A DNA stretch of 64,000 nucleotides from an uncultured Acidobacteriota bacterium (GTDB taxonomy: Bacteria; Acidobacteriota; Vicinamibacteria; Vicinamibacterales; SCN-69-37). This document shows positions 51,539-61,051 of this stretch, in pieces. How positions within the stretch are numbered: the first letter of the stretch is position 1; each line of letters opens with the position of its first letter. Location of the stretch: contig CAVXSP010000002.1 of assembly GCA_963764505.1 (NCBI GenBank), positions 38,940-102,939 of the forward strand. Reading direction: 5' to 3'. Under the pieces are notes generated by a model, which was not told the origin of the DNA, searched no databases, and saw nothing but the letters and a program-made list of their open reading frames with translations. Both the position numbers and the translations under genes were made by a program.

Positions 51539-52159
51539 GTGCTGTTTCGACGTCCACGAACGATCCTCGCGAAGTGCTGCCTGGCAGTCGGACTGCTGGC
51601 CTTCACCTCCATCGCTGGATACGAGCTCCGCTGGTCGCTCTCGTACCGGCAGGAAAAGCTGTCGCTCGGCGGCGTGGGCAACTTCGGCAAGGTCAACCCG
51701 CACCTGTACCGGGGCGCCCAGCCCACGACCGACGGCTTCGCTCATCTGCGCGGATTGGGCGTCGACACCGTGGTGCGGCTGAGCCTCGGGGAAGAGGGGA
51801 GCACTGCCGAGCGGGCCGTGGTCGAGTCGCTCGGCATGCGGTTCGTGAACCTGCCCTGGAGCAGCGTGCACGATCCGAACGCGAACCAGATCGTCGAATT
51901 CCTCACGCTCGTGAGGGAACACCCGAACCGCACGGTGTTCGTCCATTGCAAGGCGGGCGCCGACCGCACCGGCGTGTTCGTCGCGCTGTACCGAATCGTG
52001 CTCGATCACTGGACGCCCAGCCGGGCGATCGACGAGATGAAGGCCTTCCACTACCGGTACGTCTTCCTCCCGCACCTCGAGTCGTACGTCGAGACGTTTC
52101 CCGCACGGCTCAACTCCGAGCCTGCGTTCGGACAGCTCGAGACGGCAAACCTCTTCTGA
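51539..52159 (+). CDS. Cys-based protein tyrosine/dual-specificity phosphatase, probably exported
   Basis: P-loop VHCKAGADRTG (CX5R), NFGKVNPHLYRGAQP, N-terminal hydrophobic segment. Confidence 0.88.
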   Translation: MLFRRPRTILAKCCLAVGLLAFTSIAGYELRWSLSYRQEKLSLGGVGNFGKVNPHLYRGAQPTTDGFAHLRGLGVDTVVRLSLGEEGSTAERAVVESLGMRFVNLPWSSVHDPNANQIVEFLTLVREHPNRTVFVHCKAGADRTGVFVALYRIVLDHWTPSRAIDEMKAFHYRYVFLPHLESYVETFPARLNSEPAFGQLETANLF

Positions 52160-52171
52160 CGGCCCGCCCGG

Positions 52172-52765
52172 CTACTTGTCGCGCCGGACGTTGTTGAGCA
52201 TCACCGGCTGGATATCGTAGTTCTCGACGACGATCGTCCGATCTTCCTTGTCCGGGGTGATCTTGGCGCCGACGTACAGCTTGCCTTCTCCGCGGTTGTT
52301 CGATCCGATCGTCAGGTCGATCAGCGTGAAGGGATAGTCCACCGTGCGCGTGCCGGCCCGCAGCTCCCAGAAGGCGACCGGCCGATCCGTGAGGATCGTG
52401 ATGTGGTCCCGGCCATCCGTTCCGGGGGAATGCCCTGCGTACCGGAGGTCCCAGCCGACGCTGCCCGGGGTGCGGAGAGCTCCGATCCGCGGGAGCTTCT
52501 GCAGCACGTTCCGGAGCTGGGCCTGGCCGCTTTCCAGAATCGCGTTCATCACGCGGTCCCGCTCCGCGTCGGTCGACCAGCGCTGGATCAGGATCTCGAC
52601 CGGCATCGTCGCGGCGCCCGCGGGCGCGTTCAGATCGACGGCGGTCGCGCTGAGCCGCACGGCCGCGTCGCCGCTCTGGGCGTCGGCGCGCAACCCGATG
52701 ACCGCGAGCGCGACGAGCGCGGCGGCCCCGAAACGCAACGGTCGTGCAAGAGAGAACGGACTCAT
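52172..52765 (-). CDS. Exported hypothetical protein
   Basis: AAGGAGGT SD, signal peptide MSPFSLARPLRFGAAALVALAV, globular mature domain. Confidence 0.75.
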   Translation of the reverse strand: MSPFSLARPLRFGAAALVALAVIGLRADAQSGDAAVRLSATAVDLNAPAGAATMPVEILIQRWSTDAERDRVMNAILESGQAQLRNVLQKLPRIGALRTPGSVGWDLRYAGHSPGTDGRDHITILTDRPVAFWELRAGTRTVDYPFTLIDLTIGSNNRGEGKLYVGAKITPDKEDRTIVVENYDIQPVMLNNVRRDK

Positions 52766-52808
52766 CGCCACCTCCTTGGAAGGGCCCGGGCGGCCCACAC
52801 CATTGTGC

Positions 52809-52824
52809 AGCAAGCCGCGTTCCA
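52809..52824 (-). promoter_or_regulatory. Sigma54 promoter
   Basis: Minus strand TGGAACGCGGCTTGCT, 44 nt upstream of ATG 52765. Confidence 0.72.
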
Positions 52825-52879
52825 GGCAGGGAATGGGCCGGGGCGACCGTCGGGCCGCCCCGGAGTGCAGTGCACCGCG

Positions 52880-54076
52880 TCAGCGCTGCGACGCCTGTGC
52901 GCGGATGGTGAACGCGGTTCCTTCTGGCAGCGTCGAGGCGTTCCTGGGATCGAGGACCACGGTCGCCGCCGCGCCTCCGCCGCCGAGCACGGCGCCGATC
53001 AGGGCGCCCTTGCCGCCACCCGCGATCGCGCCAATCAGAGCGCCGACGGCGGCCCCGACCGCGCCGCGCTGCACGGCCTGCTGCTGCTGATCGTTCGGCG
53101 GGACGGGCTCGCCGTTGTATTCGATGGCCTCGCCGTTCGGCCCGCGGATCCCTTCGATGATGCCGTCGAACCGCCCGCTCTGTCCGTTCTGAAGCCGGAC
53201 GGTGTCGAAATCGAGATTGACGGACGTGCGGCCGTTGGATGTCGTCGGCGTGTCGAGCAGATAGCCCTCGATGACCGCACCTCGCAGGTACGCCTCAGGG
53301 GCGCTGTCCACGACGAGCGTGACGCGCTCGTCGGGTCTGGCGCTCGACAGATGGATCGGCCGATCCAGCCGCGCGACGAGCGTGGTCCCTTCGGGAACGA
53401 CCGACGGGTTGTAGCCGCTGTACCGCGGCGATCGGTTCGGCGACGCGCCCGGCCTCCGGAGGTTCGCCTCCGAGTAGACGTCCCAGTCCGGCATCGTCGA
53501 CGTCCGCTGATAGACGCTCTGCATGACGATCGGGGCGCGCAGGCCGGTGTCGAAGACCCGGCGCGTCATGCGCAGCCCGTCGCCGCGCTCCAGAGGGGCG
53601 AAGCTGACGGAGAAATCGTTGCCCGCCGTGCCGGTCGCCGAGACCTCGAGCCTGTCGCCGTACAGCGCCGCGCGCGTCGCCATCTGCCGGCCGCCTGGCC
53701 CCGTCTCCGTCTGCGTCCCACCGTCAGCGACGAAGGTCATCTCCGGCACGCGCGACGACGCGAGGCTCACCTGATTCCCGCGCTGATCGATCGCGAGCTC
53801 CTCCGGCGGATTCAGCCGTCGCATCAACCGCCGGGTTACCGCGGTCTGCTCCCCCGGCGGCAGCTGTCGCATCGCGTCGTCGACGATCCGCTGCGGGTCG
53901 TCGCTTCGGCTGCGATCGAGCTCGTAGGTGCCGGTCAGCGTTTCGTAGCGAGCCTGATAGCCGTACCGGGGCGTGCGATCCTGGTCGCCCGCGCGGGCCT
54001 GGGCACCTGCTGGTGTCCCCAGCGCCGCCAACGCCAGGACCGATGCATAGACTCCTGCAACTTGGATCGTGCGCAT
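52880..54076 (-). CDS. Exported protein with YMGG-like glycine zipper
   Basis: Signal peptide; GAVGAAVGALIGAIAGGGKGALIGAVLGGGG; VPEGT...LPEGT motifs. Confidence 0.8.
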   Translation of the reverse strand: MRTIQVAGVYASVLALAALGTPAGAQARAGDQDRTPRYGYQARYETLTGTYELDRSRSDDPQRIVDDAMRQLPPGEQTAVTRRLMRRLNPPEELAIDQRGNQVSLASSRVPEMTFVADGGTQTETGPGGRQMATRAALYGDRLEVSATGTAGNDFSVSFAPLERGDGLRMTRRVFDTGLRAPIVMQSVYQRTSTMPDWDVYSEANLRRPGASPNRSPRYSGYNPSVVPEGTTLVARLDRPIHLSSARPDERVTLVVDSAPEAYLRGAVIEGYLLDTPTTSNGRTSVNLDFDTVRLQNGQSGRFDGIIEGIRGPNGEAIEYNGEPVPPNDQQQQAVQRGAVGAAVGALIGAIAGGGKGALIGAVLGGGGAAATVVLDPRNASTLPEGTAFTIRAQASQR

Positions 54077-54103
54077 TGGTCTCTCCCTCCGTTGTTCGGG
54101 GTT

Positions 54104-54119
54104 TTCAAGAATCGGACCG
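54104..54119 (-). promoter_or_regulatory. Possible sigma54 promoter (variant -12)
   Basis: Minus strand CGGTCCGATTCTTGAA (GG-N8-TTGAA) just upstream of the GGAGGG SD of the 54076 gene. Confidence 0.45.
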
Positions 54120-54287
54120 TCGCTCGTCTGCCGTCCTACTGCAGATCGTCACCTGGATCGGCCACGCGTGCTCCGCTCCGGACGCGGGCTGAGGTCAATC
54201 GCGTGAACGGCGCTGGCCGCGATACAGCATGATCTGTTCGGTGCAGCGATTCCCTGCATCTCGTACGGACCGCTCGGCGCGTCGAGA

Positions 54288-54303
54288 TGGAACGTCGCTT
54301 GCT
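54288..54303 (+). promoter_or_regulatory. Sigma54 promoter of yciF-like gene
   Basis: TGGAACGTCGCTTGCT followed by GGAGG SD and ATG 54329. Confidence 0.75.
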
Positions 54304-54328
54304 TGGCCCGGTGCGGAGGTTCATTCCG

Positions 54329-54929
54329 ATGGCATCCATCGATTCGCTCGAGACCCTGCTCACGCACGAGCTGCGCGATCTGCTCGACGTCGAGCACCGG
54401 CTCACCAAGACCCTTCCGAAGCTGGCGAAGGCCTCGAACAACGACGAGCTGCGCTCGGCGTTCACGGAGCATCTGGGTCAGACGGAACAGCACGTGACCC
54501 GCGTGGAGAAGGCGCTGAAGGTGCTCGGCGCGCCGGTGAAGGCGAAGACGTGCCCGGGCATCCGGGGCATCATCGATGAAGGCAGTGAAATGATGGGCGA
54601 GGACTTCGGCGACGACTCCTTGAAGGACGCCGCGCTCATCGGCGGCGCGCAGCGGGCCGAGCATTACGAGATCGCCGCGTACGGCACCGTCCTCGCCTTC
54701 GCCAGGCAGCTCGGACGCGATCAGAATCGTCACGCTGCTGCAGCCCTCACTCGAGGAGGAGAAGGCTGCGGACGAGACGCTGACACGGATTGCCGAGCGC
54801 ATCGTCAACGCCGCCGCCGCAGACGCCGACCGAAGAGCCGGCAGGACGGCGGAGGGGCCAGGCTCCCGCCGGAGCAGCCGCGCGACCGCCCCGCGGACCG
54901 ACAACGGGCGGGCCGGGCGGGCGCGCTGA
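54329..54929 (+). CDS. yciF: YciF/DUF892 ferritin-like stress protein (+1 frameshift at 54725/6)
   Basis: ELRDLLDVE, HLGQTEQHV, DAALIGGAQRAEHYEIAAYG. Removing one A gives IVTLLQPSLEEEKAADETLTRIAE, stop at 54929. Confidence 0.88.
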
Positions 54930-54989
54930 CGCCAGGAGATCCGGGCCGGCCGGCCACGCGGTAAACTATCCGCCTCCAAGGAGGCGGTC

Positions 54990-55877
54990 ATGGAGCGCAG
55001 GAAGGCCTCGGATTTCCCGCAGGAGCTCCTCGACGAGTTCCATCTGTACGTGCACGGCGAGATCGATCGGCGGACGTTTCTGGACCGTGCGGGCCGCTTC
55101 TCGATCGGCGGCCTCTCGGCCGCGGCCCTCTTCGACCTGCTGAAACCGAACTACGCGTGGGCGCAGCAGGTCCCGAAGGACGACGCCCGGGTCCGTACCG
55201 AGTACGTCACCGTCCCTTCTCCGCAGGGAAACGGTTCCATCAAGGGGTATTTCGTGCGGCCGAGCGGCGGGGCCAGGCAGCCGGGCGTGCTGGTGGTCCA
55301 CGAGAACAGGGGGCTCAATCCCTACATCGAGGACGTCGCGCGGCGCCTGGGAACCGAGAACTTCCTCGCCCTGGCTCCGGACGGTCTCACCTCGGTCGGC
55401 GGATACCCTGGCGACGACGAGCGCGGCGGCGCGCTGTTCGGTCAGGTCGACCGCGCGAAGATGACGGAGGACTTCGTCGCCGCGGCGAAGTGGCTCGAGG
55501 GGCGGCCGGAGTGCACCGGCCGCATCGGCGTCGTCGGATTCTGCTTCGGCGGCGGCATCGCCAACACGCTGGCGACCAGGCTGCCCGAGCTCGGCGCGGC
55601 GGTGCCCTTCTATGGCACGCCGCCTCCCGCGGCGGAGATTCCGAAGATCAAGGCGGCCGTCCTCGTTCACCACGGCGAGCTCGACACCCGTCTCGCCTCG
55701 ACCTGGCCGGACTACGACAAGGCGCTGACGGCCGCCGGCGTGACGCACGAGGGGTTCATCTATCCGAAGGCCAACCACGGATTCCACAACGACACGACGC
55801 CGCGATACGACGAGGAGGCGGCGAAGCTCGCGTGGAAGCGGACGCTGGACTGGTTCAACAAGTACCTGCGGGGCTGA
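54990..55877 (+). CDS. Dienelactone hydrolase family protein (YghX-like)
   Basis: HENRGLNPYIEDVARR, GFCFGG nucleophile, HGFHNDTTPRYD. Confidence 0.93.
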   Translation: MERRKASDFPQELLDEFHLYVHGEIDRRTFLDRAGRFSIGGLSAAALFDLLKPNYAWAQQVPKDDARVRTEYVTVPSPQGNGSIKGYFVRPSGGARQPGVLVVHENRGLNPYIEDVARRLGTENFLALAPDGLTSVGGYPGDDERGGALFGQVDRAKMTEDFVAAAKWLEGRPECTGRIGVVGFCFGGGIANTLATRLPELGAAVPFYGTPPPAAEIPKIKAAVLVHHGELDTRLASTWPDYDKALTAAGVTHEGFIYPKANHGFHNDTTPRYDEEAAKLAWKRTLDWFNKYLRG

Positions 55878-55894
55878 TTCTCGTCGCCGGCCCG

Positions 55895-57256
55895 TCAGTT
55901 ATGGCCGTGCCGCAGTCCTCGGACCTCCGCGGTCTGCGTCAGGATCTGCGACAGCACCGCGTGGTCGACCGGCTTCACGAGATGATGGTTGAAGCCGGCC
56001 TCGCGCGAGCGCTGCCTGTCGGCGTCCTGCCCCCAGCCCGACAGCGCGATCAGCACGACTCCTTCGCCCCAGGACTCGGCGCGGATGGCCCGGCCGGCCT
56101 CGTGCCCGTTCATGCCGGGCAGGCCGATGTCCATCAGCACGACATCCGGCCGGAAGTCACTCGCCTCGCTGACCGCGTCCACGCCGTCGTGCGCGACGCG
56201 AATGGTGTGGCCGCAGATCTCCAGGAACATGGCCATTGTCGACGCGGAGTCGACGTTGTCGTCGACCACCAGGATCCGGAGGCCGGCCCCGGCGGTGCGC
56301 CCCGAGCGCGACCCGTCTCCGATGTCGTTGGCTCCGCGCGCGATTGGCAGCGCGACGCGGAACGTGGTGCCACGTCCCGGCCCGTCGCTGGCGGCGGCAA
56401 TCCGCCCGCCGTGCAGCTCGACGAGCTGCCTGGCGACCGTCAGCCCGATCCCCAGCCCGCCAGGCGCACGCCCGCGCTCGCCCGCCGCCTGCGTGAACAT
56501 GTCGAAGACGCGGTCTACCATCTCGGGCCGGATGCCGATCCCCGTGTCGGTGACGAGCATGACGGCCTCGTTTCCGACGCGCTCGGCCTCGAGCGTGATC
56601 CGTCCGCCACGGTCCATGTACTTCGCGGCGTTGTCCAGCAGATTGCCGAGAACCTGGGTCAGTCGCGTGAGGTCGGCGTCGACGTGCAGCGAGGCTGGCG
56701 GTGTCGAAACCACGATCTCGTGCCCTGCGCGATCGATCATCGGTCGGCTCATCTCCAGCGCCACCTGGAAGATCTCGCGCACGGAGACCCGCTGGGGCCG
56801 CAGCTCGATCCGGCCGTTCGTGATGCGTGACAGGTCGAGCAGGTCGTCGATGAGCCGCGTCAGCTGCCGCAGCTGGCGCTCGATCACGTCGGTGGCGAAC
56901 TCCGCGCCCACCGAGGCCCTGGCCCGTAGAATCTGGACCGCGTTCTGCAGGGGCGCCAGCGGGCTGCGCAGTTCGTGCGCCAGCGTCGCGAGGAACTGAT
57001 CGCGCCGCTGGTGCGCGTCCGAGATCGCGCGATGCGCGTCGCTCAGCGCGTTCTCGAGCCTCGTCCGTTCGCGGAGCTCGGTCTGGAGCGCCCAGCCCTG
57101 CTGCTGCAGCGCCGCGATCTCCCGGGCCAGGACGTCGGGCGAACGCGTCTCGATCTCGGCCGGGGCCACCTGCGTATGGCAGGCGCACACCGCCTCGAAC
57201 AGCGCCGCCTGGCGCGCTTCGCTGAAATTCCTCATCGAGTGGGCCTTCACGCTCAT
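55895..57256 (-). CDS. Hybrid histidine kinase/receiver protein (start uncertain; sensor domain apparently truncated)
   Basis: FLATLAHELRSPL, NLLDNAAKY, DTGIGI, GGLGIGL; C-terminal REC (LVVDDN, DIGLPGMNG, HLVKP). Confidence 0.85.
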   Translation of the reverse strand: MSVKAHSMRNFSEARQAALFEAVCACHTQVAPAEIETRSPDVLAREIAALQQQGWALQTELRERTRLENALSDAHRAISDAHQRRDQFLATLAHELRSPLAPLQNAVQILRARASVGAEFATDVIERQLRQLTRLIDDLLDLSRITNGRIELRPQRVSVREIFQVALEMSRPMIDRAGHEIVVSTPPASLHVDADLTRLTQVLGNLLDNAAKYMDRGGRITLEAERVGNEAVMLVTDTGIGIRPEMVDRVFDMFTQAAGERGRAPGGLGIGLTVARQLVELHGGRIAAASDGPGRGTTFRVALPIARGANDIGDGSRSGRTAGAGLRILVVDDNVDSASTMAMFLEICGHTIRVAHDGVDAVSEASDFRPDVVLMDIGLPGMNGHEAGRAIRAESWGEGVVLIALSGWGQDADRQRSREAGFNHHLVKPVDHAVLSQILTQTAEVRGLRHGHN

Positions 57257-57389
57257 TGGTGGTCCACAGTTCGGCCGGCAGAACAGTCTGTTCAGATGTA
57301 CTGCACATGCCGTCCGTCTCGAAATCAGGCAGACACCTGACGTGCCGCCGGTGCTGTGTGCGAGCCCGTCGAGTAAGCTCTGTATTCCG

Positions 57390-58490
57390 GTGAGCGTTTC
57401 ACCTGACGAATGGTTCTCGCCGGACTTCAGCACGTCCCGTCAGCGCTTCCGGCACGCGGCGGCGGCTGTCGGCTGGCGTCTGGACGCGCATCCGGTGACC
57501 TCCGACGGGCCGGGCGGCGAGCGGCTGTCGATCGACGCGGCGACCAGCTCGCCGCCGGCTGGACGGCGCGTGCTGGTGATCTCGAGTGGCCTCCACGGGG
57601 TGGAGGGATTCTTTGGCGCTGCCGTTCAACTCTCGCTGCTCGATCGCTGGGGGGCGACGCCACCAGTGTCCTGCGTGCTCCTGCACGCGCTCAATCCCTT
57701 CGGGTTCGCCTGGCTCCGGCGCACCGACGATCGCAACGTGGACCTGAACCGCAACTTTCTGCTCGACCACGAAACCTACACCGGGTCGCCGCCGGGCTAT
57801 GCGGCGCTCGATCCGCTCCTGAATCCGCGCCGGCCGCCGCCGGACGTCATTCCGTTCCTGTTGAAAGCGCTGCCGGTCCTCGCGCGGAGAGGCGCCGCCG
57901 GCATCCGCCGGACCGTAGCGGTCGGGCAGTACCAGTTTCCGTGCGGCCTGTTCTTCGGCGGCTTCGAGGCGAGCCCCGCAGCGGCGGCGATCGAAGCCGC
58001 GCTGCGCGCCCGGTTGGCGGGGGCGGCCGACGTCGTACATCTCGATCTGCACACGGGCCTGGGAGGACGTGGCGACGGCCGCCTGCTGATCGACTACACG
58101 CTCACCGGCCGCCAGCGCGATCGGCTGACCCGTTGGTTCGGCGCGAAGGCGTTCTCCACGCCGGACTCGAGCCGCACGGCCTACACCGCGCGCGGCGGGC
58201 TGGGACGATGGTGCGTGTCGCAGCGTCCCCGTCCCGCGGGCGAGTATCTGTTCGCCTACGCGGAGTTCGGAACGTTCGCTGGCGCGCGGGTCCTCGCCGG
58301 TCTGCGTGCGGAGAACCAGGCGCATCATTGGGGACGGCCCCTCGATCCCGGGACGATTCGCGCGAAGGCGGCGCTCAGGGAGCTGTTCTGCCCGGCCGAC
58401 CGCGCCTGGCGCTCGAAGGCGATCGCGCGAAGCCTGGATCTGATCTCGAGAGCGGCTGACGGGCTGGCGGGCGAGGGCCATCCCGGGTGA
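57390..58490 (+). CDS. M14-like metallopeptidase (DUF2817 family)
   Basis: SGLHGVEG (HxxE), NPFGFAWLRR, NVDLNRNF, DLHTGLG. Confidence 0.85.
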   Translation: MSVSPDEWFSPDFSTSRQRFRHAAAAVGWRLDAHPVTSDGPGGERLSIDAATSSPPAGRRVLVISSGLHGVEGFFGAAVQLSLLDRWGATPPVSCVLLHALNPFGFAWLRRTDDRNVDLNRNFLLDHETYTGSPPGYAALDPLLNPRRPPPDVIPFLLKALPVLARRGAAGIRRTVAVGQYQFPCGLFFGGFEASPAAAAIEAALRARLAGAADVVHLDLHTGLGGRGDGRLLIDYTLTGRQRDRLTRWFGAKAFSTPDSSRTAYTARGGLGRWCVSQRPRPAGEYLFAYAEFGTFAGARVLAGLRAENQAHHWGRPLDPGTIRAKAALRELFCPADRAWRSKAIARSLDLISRAADGLAGEGHPG

Positions 58491-58563
58491 GGTGCGACGG
58501 GTCTCCTCGCCGGCGCCGCTGCAGATCCGGGTGAGTTCTGCCGATACTCCGAAGCGGGCAAGG

Positions 58564-59832
58564 ATGGTGGAGAATCCCGCGACTCCCTTCAGCGACCGCG
58601 TCGAAGCGTACGCATCGTGGGTGCGGACGGTTCGGACGGGACACCGGCCGCCCGAGCTGACGACCGACGTCGCCGACCCGCTCGCGCATCTCGGCCGCGA
58701 GCTCGAGCTGCTCTGGGAGACGATGAGCCGCCGTGACGCCGAGCTGCGGGAGCTGTTCGATCTCGTGCAGACCGTCGAACGCGGCGTCATGCTCGACGAC
58801 GTGCTGCAGCGGATCTTCGACGCATTCAAGGGACTGATCCCCTTCGATCGCATCGGCTGCGCGTTCCTGTCCGACAACGGCCAGGAGCTCGTGGCCTACT
58901 GGGCGCGCAGCGAGCTGGGCCCGGTCCAGATCCAGCGCGGATACAGCCGGCCGATGGCCGGCAGCAGCCTGGAACGGATCCTCCTCATGCGCCAGCCGCG
59001 CATCCTGAACGACCTCGAGGAATATCTGTGGCAGAAGCCGGACTCCGAGGCGACGCGGCGCATCGTCCTCGAGGGCGGCCGATCCAGCCTGACCTGCCCG
59101 CTGGTCGTCGACCAGCGCCCGCTGGGGTTTCTCTTCTTCACGAGCCGCGAGAAGGGAACCTATCGCGACACGCATCAGGCCGTGTTCCAGCAGATCGCGC
59201 AGCAGGTCGCGGCGGTGATTGAGAAGAGCCGCGTGTACGAACAGCTCGTCGCGCACAATCGGATGCTGCTCGAGCAGACGCGCCAGCTGCAGCGGCTGGC
59301 CGACCTGGACGCCCTCACGGGAGCGCTGACGCGCCGCGCCGTCGACCTGCGCATCGAGCGCGCGTGGGCCGAGTACGTCGAGCACTCGACGCCATTCGGC
59401 GTCATTCTCTTCGACATCGACCGTTTCAAGGCGATCAACGACGCCTGCGGCCATGCCGCCGGAGACGCGGTCCTGCAGGAGGTCGTGCGCCGCGTCAGCG
59501 GCAGGCTTCGCGCGAGCGACATCTGCGGCCGGTACGGCGGCGAGGAATTCGTCGTGCTCGTCGCAGACACGACCGAGCGCGAGGTGCTGCAGGCGGCCGA
59601 ACGCTTGCGCGAGGCGCTCGCCAACGTGCCCGTCGACGTCGTCGGCGGCGTTCCCGTGACGGCGAGCTTCGGGCTGGCGCACACGAGCAGCGTCGCGTCC
59701 TCCTGGCCCGCTCTCGTGCGCTCGGCCGACGCGGCGATGTACCTCGCGAAGAGCGCCGGACGGAACCGCTGCGTGCCGGCCAGCGAGGCCCGAGCTCAGT
59801 CGGAAAACGGGAAGATCGGCCAGAGATCGTAG
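58564..59832 (+). CDS. GAF-domain diguanylate cyclase
   Basis: GAF region, then DALTG, FDIDRFKAIND, GHAAGD, RASD (RxxD I-site), RYGGEEF. Confidence 0.93.
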   Translation: MVENPATPFSDRVEAYASWVRTVRTGHRPPELTTDVADPLAHLGRELELLWETMSRRDAELRELFDLVQTVERGVMLDDVLQRIFDAFKGLIPFDRIGCAFLSDNGQELVAYWARSELGPVQIQRGYSRPMAGSSLERILLMRQPRILNDLEEYLWQKPDSEATRRIVLEGGRSSLTCPLVVDQRPLGFLFFTSREKGTYRDTHQAVFQQIAQQVAAVIEKSRVYEQLVAHNRMLLEQTRQLQRLADLDALTGALTRRAVDLRIERAWAEYVEHSTPFGVILFDIDRFKAINDACGHAAGDAVLQEVVRRVSGRLRASDICGRYGGEEFVVLVADTTEREVLQAAERLREALANVPVDVVGGVPVTASFGLAHTSSVASSWPALVRSADAAMYLAKSAGRNRCVPASEARAQSENGKIGQRS

Positions 59833-60983
59833 AGAGCTTTGTTCAGGGCGAATTCGTTCGCCTCGAACCCGAGCCGGCGGGCGACCGCCGCCATGTCGAT
59901 CACGAGCCGCGCGACCGATTCCTTCGCCGTCGACAGCTTCTCGTCGGTGTCCACCAGCGGAATCCGATGCTGAATGAGCGCGACGAGCACGTCGCGCACG
60001 TCGCCCAGCTGGCAGTGGATGCGGGCCGCGGTCTCGTCGGCGATGGCCACGAGCGCCGAGAGCCGCGCCCTGGCGACGGGCGGCAGCACCTCCAGGCCGT
60101 TCGCGCCGACCTCCTCGGCAGCCTTCTCGTCTTCGACGCGCTCGATCGGGCACGTCTCCGGCGGCGTCCGGCATCCCGCTTCGGGCGCGACCGTGTAGTG
60201 GCGGCGATCCACGCGGGAGACGAGCCGGATGTCCTTGGTCAGGAGCTCCTTCAGGCGCGCCGGAGATGTCGGGTCGGGCGCAAGGCTGGCGATGTCGGCG
60301 TCCGTGATGGGGAGGCCCGCCGCCTTGGCCTTGGACATCATCCATCCGAGGGCGACGTCGTTCAGCCCGCGGTTGCCGTTGCCGCCCCCCACGTCCGAAT
60401 GGACCCCGCGAAACCACACCTCGTAGGCGCCGGGCAGCCGCGTCGGAAGAAAGGACAGCCGCCGCTCGTCGAGCGCCAGCGCGTGGAACGCGTACTGGAT
60501 GTTCTTCTTCGGCAGCGAGAGATGATGGCCGATGTTCAGATCGACGCCGCCCAGATTCGCGAGGCCGAAGGCCGCGACGACGTCCCAGACGCCGAGGAAG
60601 CGGATCCGAGGGCTCGCCTCCACGACGTCATCGGTCCCCGGCCGGCGAATCTTGCGGCTCTGGATGATGTGGCAGAAATCGAGCGTGGTCGCCGCACCCC
60701 GGCTGAAGCCGACGATGTCGATGGCCGTGTCGCCGGCCGCCCAGCGCTGGCAGAGGTGATCGTAGGCCTCGTTCAGCCTCGGCAGTTCGCCGGCGCCGAA
60801 CACGCCGCCGACGATCCGGCCCGCGAGATCGAACCTGGTCCCGACGCCGGCGACGTAGAAGTTCCGGTCGTCCGTGTTCCCCGCATACGCCCGGAAGAAA
60901 CGGACGACGTTCGTGTTCGTGTACTGGGGATCGTCGCCGGTCTTTTCCTCGTTCCAGGTTCCGTCGAACGCGTAGAGAGCCAT
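59796..60983 (-). CDS. DUF2235 (Tle1-like) alpha/beta hydrolase
   Basis: AFDGTWN, TNV, GFSRGA, FLGVWD, HALALDERR, EVWFRGVHSDVGGG; GGAGGG SD before ATG 60983. Confidence 0.9.
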   Translation of the reverse strand: MALYAFDGTWNEEKTGDDPQYTNTNVVRFFRAYAGNTDDRNFYVAGVGTRFDLAGRIVGGVFGAGELPRLNEAYDHLCQRWAAGDTAIDIVGFSRGAATTLDFCHIIQSRKIRRPGTDDVVEASPRIRFLGVWDVVAAFGLANLGGVDLNIGHHLSLPKKNIQYAFHALALDERRLSFLPTRLPGAYEVWFRGVHSDVGGGNGNRGLNDVALGWMMSKAKAAGLPITDADIASLAPDPTSPARLKELLTKDIRLVSRVDRRHYTVAPEAGCRTPPETCPIERVEDEKAAEEVGANGLEVLPPVARARLSALVAIADETAARIHCQLGDVRDVLVALIQHRIPLVDTDEKLSTAKESVARLVIDMAAVARRLGFEANEFALNKALYDLWPIFPFSD

Positions 60984-61051
60984 GGACCCTCCGTTGATGC
61001 CGGGAGTGGAGCGCCGGACATTCTGGCACAGTCCGGCGGCACGTGTCCGTC

